Assembly: GCA_048772705.1 (NCBI GenBank)
Contig: JBLWGC010000104.1
Span: 310,001 to 374,000 of the forward strand
Direction: 5' to 3'
Length of the DNA: 64,000 nucleotides
DNA from: Leidyana gryllorum EB-2025a
Lineage: Eukaryota; Protista; Apicomplexa
Positions 58,119 to 64,000 of the stretch are shown here, in pieces. The stretch's first letter is position 1, and each line of letters opens with the position of its first letter. Made by a program: the position numbers and the translations under genes. A model generated the notes under the pieces. It worked only from the letters and a program-made list of their open reading frames with translations, did no database searches and was not told where the DNA came from.

Positions 58119-61100
58119 CTAAGCCTTATCCAACTCTGGTGCTACTGGGGGCATCGACTGACTCTTCTCCTGGTGGTGATGCATCTGAGCAGCCGCCTGG
58201 TTCAAAGGCTGCATAGTTTCCTTATCTATACGTCCCAAAGCAGTCTCGAAATGCTGCAAAGGTATCGCCCGGGCATTGGCGTCCTCAGCCATGAAAGTGA
58301 TCAAATGACGCTTTTGGGTCTCAGTCCACTCCATTCCCAGATGCTTTAAGATGTCGCCCAAAACAACGTTGTCCACCTCGCCAAGAGCCGTCAGGTGAAT
58401 CGCGAACTCCTCCTGTATCAGGTGGTCGATAGCGTCCAAATCCAGCTCATCGGCACTCAACAATTCCTCAACAACGAGCATTGCGACCAAGAATTCCTCC
58501 TCGTCCAAACCCCCAGTATGCGTCTTATCGAACTTCTCGAAGAAGCTCTCCAAATGGTCTACAGTCTCAATGTTCAATCCTTGGTCATTCAGCAGTCTGA
58601 AGAATGCCTCTGGCCCCACTTCCCCATCGTCCTCCATATTCTGGAACAGCTCAATGCGAGCCTCTCGAGTATCTGGATCCAGTTCCTCAAGTCTGATGAA
58701 GTCCCAATATTATCGATCCACCTCTGTTGCACTTACTTTGAACGTAGCTCGTCATACATGAACTCTCCATCTTCTGTACTCAGACGAGACATTAGTGATC
58801 GTATCTTAAGGCCATCGATGAAGAATGCCAGTCTCCGAACGAACTGAGAGCGGCTGTCAACCATTACCTCCAATGCCAATTCGTCCTTAACCATCATTCC
58901 AGTCGAACCAATGTAAGTGATGTGTGAAAGGAGGAAAGGGAGGAAGGCCATGCTGGCAAGCCACAGAACGAATGCTGCTAGCACTGGCCACCGTCTACAA
59001 ATGATAGTAACTCGACGATAAGGGCACCAGATTGTTTCGCTGTACTCACCCAACGCGTCCCCACCAATAGTTGGGGTTGTCGTCCATCTGTTTCAGTGCA
59101 TAAGCTCCGGCCGTAAGACTGATCAAGTGGGCTGCCTCGGTGAATCGGATCAAGGTCGACGGCCCCTTCCGCCAAAATAAGAAGAGACACTCCTGACGGT
59201 TGGGATGGCGAGTACCATAGAGCCGACGGTTCAAGAAGCCTCCCGGAGACGTTGGTCTGCCAGTCTACAAATCGGGGTACATTAGTCTACGCACACACGT
59301 GTGTACTCACTTCCATTGTCATATACTTCGGCCTGTTGAGGGCCAAGTCTGCTTCATAGTGTTCTTTCATGACGCCGGTGGTGTCTGAAGCTTGCTGGAA
59401 ACGAAGCGTGCAGTACTCGGCCGGATCGGGGGGCAAGAGGTTGGCCTTAACCATCCACGTACGTGCCAAGACGAAGAAGAGGAGCAAGATCGGGATTGCC
59501 AAGGCGATGAGTACGATGTAGACACTCCAGGGGACGTAGGTGTCATGCAAAGGCCTGAGGGCGAAGTCACGGATCTAAAACAAGCAGTGCGGGAGTAACT
59601 CACAGCAGCGACCAAATGACGATTTGGAGAAGAATCAGATTCATAATCGGGAATCGAATCATTCTAGCACAGTTTAGGAGGAAACTTGCTCGATAGTACT
59701 CCATGAACCAGGAGTTTTGAGGGTCCAGGTTGGCTACGTGTCTTTGGCTCATCCGTTCGATGTATTCATAGCGGGCGACAATATAATCGACAAACTCGGA
59801 TTTGGAGTAGCCTCCGATGACTTCATCCAGGGTGAGATCCTCAGCCCGTTTGAGCCATTTGATATTGAGGTACGCGCAGGCGGCGAAGAGGAGTATGTAA
59901 GTAACGTACAACAATGTGAAGTTCTCGGTGAGGGTTTGGACACTGCTGAATACGACCCCGAATCGTCTCGCAACGTCTTCCTCGAAGTGAATCTGACTAT
60001 AGAGAGGGAAGAAGACGAGGAAATCCAGTTTCTTCTGAATGAGATCCGTAGTTTGGAGCCAATGCAATATACACATGGCAACAGCAATGATGGCTATCTG
60101 ACGCATGGCCGTCTCAACGACTTCTCGCATGTATCGATCACGACTGCGTGTGATGACATTGACCAAAGATCTAACCATTCGCTGCAGCGTGATGATGATG
60201 ATAAGCAGAGCGGTCAAGAAACACGTGAGGACGATGGCCGAACGAGTGAGCAGCTTTCGAAGAAGTCCAATCGCTTCATCATCAACACCACACTTCTCAG
60301 GAGAAAGCTGAGCCGGATCACAGTTGGGCTTCGAAAGCTGACCCAGAGTCCTTCGACCTTCTTCGTCAACGCAAATGTCTACGTTGGGTCCGGTAGCGGC
60401 AGCGTTCATCGGCGCAGCAGCGGGTGCAGCGAAAGCTGTAACAGGCGTGGTGAGATCGAAATCGATCGTGTCCCCTTTTTTGATGCCATTCGCTGCCAAT
60501 GCCATCTCAGGATTCAGCATTTGATCGCCTTTCAAAGCCTTGAGGTCAGCGGTCTGATTGAAGGCTGCAGCGGCTTCGGCTATCAATGCTGTCAAAGGCT
60601 GATCGTCTGGAATGGCACTCGATTCCTTGATTCGACCGTCTGCACAAAGTCATGCATGACACAGATTTGTTGGATTTTCTGCTTACCAGGCTTCCATCGC
60701 ATCGTGACAGGTGTTGTTGTTGGAGCCCCCAAGGAGGCGTCTCGGCACCACAAGTTTGCGCCCATGGGAACGTTCTCCTGGGTGAGGGTGTTCTTCTTCG
60801 GCAACTGTTTGTCATTGTAAAATAGCTCGAATTGTTCCTGGTAACCGATACCCGCCTGATCGAAAGCTTTCTTTATGTGAGTTTGGATTATTGGCTCGGT
60901 TTCGCCCGTGGGGGTCATCGGCACTATGTAAGTGGGCGAGCGCCCTGGAGGTACTGGGCCATCAATCTTTATGACTGCGCGTGCAGGAGGCGCCCGTAGG
61001 AATCGGGATTCAAAACCAGTGCTTTCGGGGCTCGGATCCGGTGCATTGTTCGTAACAAATTTAGACAAATCAACAGCGTTGGAGGCTACCGCCACTTTTC

Positions 61101-61247
61101 CAGCGTTGTTAGACAGAGGATGCGGATAGGAGACAGCAGGCCCTCTCAACCCAATGGTGGGTGTCTGATAGCAAGATCAGTTGATCATCCATCTAGTCTC
61201 ACCAAGAAGGGCCCGGCCAATCCAAGGCATACTAGGAAACGGAGCAT
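58119..61247 (-). CDS. Signal peptide + 2 ubiquitin-like domains + MLO-like membrane domain + EF-hand tail (~949 aa, 7 exons)
   Basis: Exons 61247-61203, 61164-60687, 60639-59604, 59554-59311, 59264-59050, 58994-58737 and 58692-58119 total 2850 nt, all GT-AG and in frame. MLO-like motifs and EF loop DKTHTGGLDEEE. Confidence 0.8.
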
Positions 61248-61299
61248 TCACGAAAGGCTCCGAGCAGCATGTGTGCATGCGGTCGAGCACCTACGCCAT

Positions 61300-62085
61300 C
61301 TATATACAAGCTTCATATTTACGCGCAGATATGAGAGTTGCTCCCTTCCAAACTCCCTTACAAGCCGTACAGCGACCTGTCTTTTCGCAGACACTACTGT
61401 ACACGTGATATTCCATGTCGTTCGCTATGGGGTTCGTGGCTTTGCCACGTCTCTCCCTGAGCTTTCGTTCGTACCACAGACGCACGCCTTCCGTGATGCG
61501 CGGGCAGAAGCTTGTGACAGCTCCGGTCAGAGTAATATCGCGCGTGTGTGCCACTCTCCAACTTGGAGACGTCTCCTCCAATTCTGGCACCTCCACGTCG
61601 TCGGTAACTGCATGATCGATTTTCTGCAGCAGTTCTGTTCGTGCTGAGTCTTCTTCCGTGACGGACTGTTCGAGTGCTTGTTGATCGGGCGTCGGAAGTA
61701 CTTGGCCCCCATCTTGTGGATCAGTGGTGGGGCTTACCCTGGCCTCTGCTGCCGTGGGGGACTCCTTAATCTTGGGGAGCCCCTCAGGGTCAATTTCAGA
61801 CTTGATAGCGGTGTCCACCTCTGTCTTGAGGGTCAATTGGTCAATGCCGAGTGCGGGCGCCGTTGTCAAGTGTGCAGCAACGTTCTCTTTGTTGTTAGCC
61901 GGCATGGACTTGCGCAGTCGTTTGGTGCCTTCACGAATGCGTATGATATCGCCTTGATTGATGTTGTCTTGTGCACTCAGTTCTGTCAAGCATCCCCAGG
62001 GATCGTCTTCAGCGCTGCGATGTCCGCTTTCTTCAGGCTTGCGCTTCTGAAAAAAGCGTGTAATGGGCACATCTCCCTTGCCCAT
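61300..62085 (-). CDS. Hypothetical protein with N-terminal PIP-box-like motif
   Basis: 261-aa ORF starting MGKGDVPITRFFQKRK. Confidence 0.6.
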   Translation of the reverse strand: MGKGDVPITRFFQKRKPEESGHRSAEDDPWGCLTELSAQDNINQGDIIRIREGTKRLRKSMPANNKENVAAHLTTAPALGIDQLTLKTEVDTAIKSEIDPEGLPKIKESPTAAEARVSPTTDPQDGGQVLPTPDQQALEQSVTEEDSARTELLQKIDHAVTDDVEVPELEETSPSWRVAHTRDITLTGAVTSFCPRITEGVRLWYERKLRERRGKATNPIANDMEYHVYSSVCEKTGRCTACKGVWKGATLISARKYEACI

Positions 62086-62130
62086 TGGTCAAATCAGTCT
62101 GCGGTGACTTAGTCAATGTGTGAACCAATT

Positions 62131-63383
62131 TTACTCTGAGTCTGAACCATTCATTTCACTTTCACCATCACTGTCACCATCTTGCCCTTTGCCCTCCTCA
62201 TCACTCTCCTCAAATCTATCATCTGACCCCTCTTCCTCCTCTTCTTCGTCTACGGAAGATTCACTTACTGAGGAGTCATCATCGTCTTGAGCATCTCGTC
62301 TCCTCTTTTTGACCTTGGTTTCTTCTTCGCCTTCGTCTTCCGCGGAGCTCTCCTCACTGCTGCTCTCTTCATTGTCTCTTTGCTGTTGTAGAGCCAACTG
62401 CATTCTTTGAGCAGCTCGGCGTTGACGCCGAACTCCGGTATCAAAGTCTGCCCGCTCCCATTCTTTCAATCCAATCTCTCTCATTTCTTGTTCTAACTCC
62501 CACTGTTGAATGGCTTGGTCGATCGTTTGTCTACTGGGCAGTTTATCGCCTCCACTCCAAGAGATCTGCAGTCAGCACATATGTAAGCGACCGCAAAGGG
62601 AGAGCGATAACTCACGTTGACATCCTTACAGCGTCGCATCAAGCGAAGCTTTAGCTCTTTGATGTAGGCCTGTGGATCTTCCTTGTTGAGACCCTTATAG
62701 ATAGCCGGACCACATTTCAGCGCTTTGGCGAATGCCAGCCATTTAGACTTCGGGTCATCAGTGCCCTTTGTGGCAGTTTTGGATCGGGCGACTGGTTTCT
62801 TCTTGGGTTTCTCGCTCTCACGTTCGCGACTCGTCTTTGACTCCTTCTCTGCGCGATCGGTCTTTTTGGTCCGAGTTGCAGCTGGGCTCTTGGCACTGGA
62901 GTCTTGTTCAGACGCTTTCGAGACTCGCTGCTTCTTCTTACGTCCCGACGACGGCTCCGGTGACTCCTGTCTCCCCCTTTTCCGACCTCTGCGAGGTTTT
63001 GATGCCGCCACTGCGCTGTCGGTGAGGTCAGAATCCGGTACCGCCGAGTTGGCAGTGAGGGTGGGCACAAAGGAGTGTGTACCTTCCCTCCCAGATTGGG
63101 AGTCCGGAGTGCCATCCTGTTGGGTCTGAGCGACTCGTTCTTCTTTCATTAGCTCATAGAGGCTAGCGGCGACGATTTTGGCAGCCTTCTTGACCATATC
63201 CTTGACATCCTTGTCATCGGTGATGAGACTAACTTTTATCTCGAGGTGGTCAGCGAGGAAGCCGAATATCCTGGTGGGGGTCAGCTCGGCAAGAGGAACT
63301 CCACTTCGTAAAATGAGGTCAGAGAGGAGGTTTTGAAGGCTTTCATCGTCAAGAAGTAGCGTCTGTAGTCGGGCTGGTATCAT
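62131..63383 (-). CDS. HIRIP3/DEK-C-like histone chaperone
   Basis: N-terminal helical DEK-C-like part (LAELTPTRIFGFLADHLEI), basic linker, ALKCGPAIYKGL..IKELK..|..LPSRQTIDQAIQQWELEQEM, very acidic tail; one intron at ~62566-62615. Confidence 0.65.
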
Positions 63384-63406
63384 GTAGCTAAAATGTCTTT
63401 TTGGGC

Positions 63407-64000
63407 ATGACCAATCCCGAAGTTGACTTGGAAGACCGCCAGCACCCCCAGCCGGCTTCGGAACCCCGAACCAAATGGAGAAGGGTCCAAGATGACCCCC
63501 ATACCGTCAAGCTTTACGATGTCAATCGCCCCTTGCTGCAAATTGCTCCAATGCTGCACGTCAGTGACCGGCACTTTCGGTAAGCCTTTGCCCGCTTTTC
63601 GCATGAACTATACGCGATATCCCAGCAATTTCATACGTATGCTGACTGCTAAAGCGCAATTATGGACGGAGATGGTGGTAGATTCTACTATAAAGCACAC
63701 CGATGATTTGCCCCGGCATCTTGGCTATGACCAGGTGGAGCATCCTATCGTGTGCCAGCTCGGAGGTTCTAACCCCGAGGAGATGGCCGCGGCGGCGAAG
63801 GTCGTGGAGGAGTGGGGTTATGACGAAGTTAATGTGAACGTCGGGTGCCCAAGCAGTCGAGTAGTTGACTGTGGATTGTTTGGAGCACTGTTGATGAAAG
63901 ACCCGGAACTCGTATCTCGGATCTGTACGAGTATGAAGGCCCAAACGAGTATACCTGTGACCATCAAGACTCGTATCGGGGTCGACTCTGAAGATTCTTT
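63407..64000 (+). CDS. DUS: tRNA-dihydrouridine synthase (DusA-like), truncated by window end
   Basis: IAPMLHVSDRHFR|NFIRML..LWTEMV, EHPIVCQLGGSNP, GYDEVNVNVGCPS, FGALLMKDP, PVTIKTRIGVD. Confidence 0.93.

Noticed and set aside
58088-58119. Possible fusion of the EF-hand protein to the P-type ATPase
   Set aside because: A clean TAG at 58119 and separate ATG at 58088; no convincing splice donor bypassing the stop.
5149-60595. Overlapping stop/start ORF pairs (5149, 8494, 41687-41690, 60592-60595) suggesting frameshifting or bacterial-style coupling
   Set aside because: Each is resolved by a short canonical GT-AG intron (8494 less certainly), so no recoding is needed.
59717-60820. 367-aa + strand ORF
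   Set aside because: Antisense to the MLO-like exons, with no recognisable features.

Overview
Eukaryotic, extremely gene-dense DNA with short GT-AG introns (mostly about 35-60 nt) and very short intergenic gaps (often 0-60 nt). The gene content (ATP4-type P-ATPase, RRM-RRM-WW-RRM CELF, MORN/alveolin-like protein, TGCATGCA motif) points to an apicomplexan, probably a gregarine-like lineage (inference). About 38 protein-coding genes were assembled by hand from the ORF track plus splice sites. Recognisable housekeeping genes: galactokinase, TyrRS, BiP, V-ATPase d, eIF3i, CELF, DNA ligase IV, REV7-like HORMA, PIG-Q, proteasome alpha-6, AsnRS, ATP4-like ATPase, HIRIP3-like chaperone, DusA-like. 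There are also several secreted or hypothetical proteins, a 27-nt higher-order repeat gene, and a decayed tandem duplicate of an NADP-dependent oxidoreductase. The most unusual item is a 7-exon, ~949-aa protein: signal peptide, two ubiquitin/SUMO-like domains, an MLO-like multi-pass membrane core and a calmodulin-like EF-hand tail. It lies 30 nt upstream of an ATP4-like pump. Other points of interest: apparently catalytically dead PhoD and Regnase-like proteins, a MORN-alveolin fusion, a recurring non-coding CACACGTGTG palindrome, and a few outlier long, structured introns. No rRNA, tRNA, CRISPR or transposon was recognised. All family calls rest on motif recognition by eye, not database searches.
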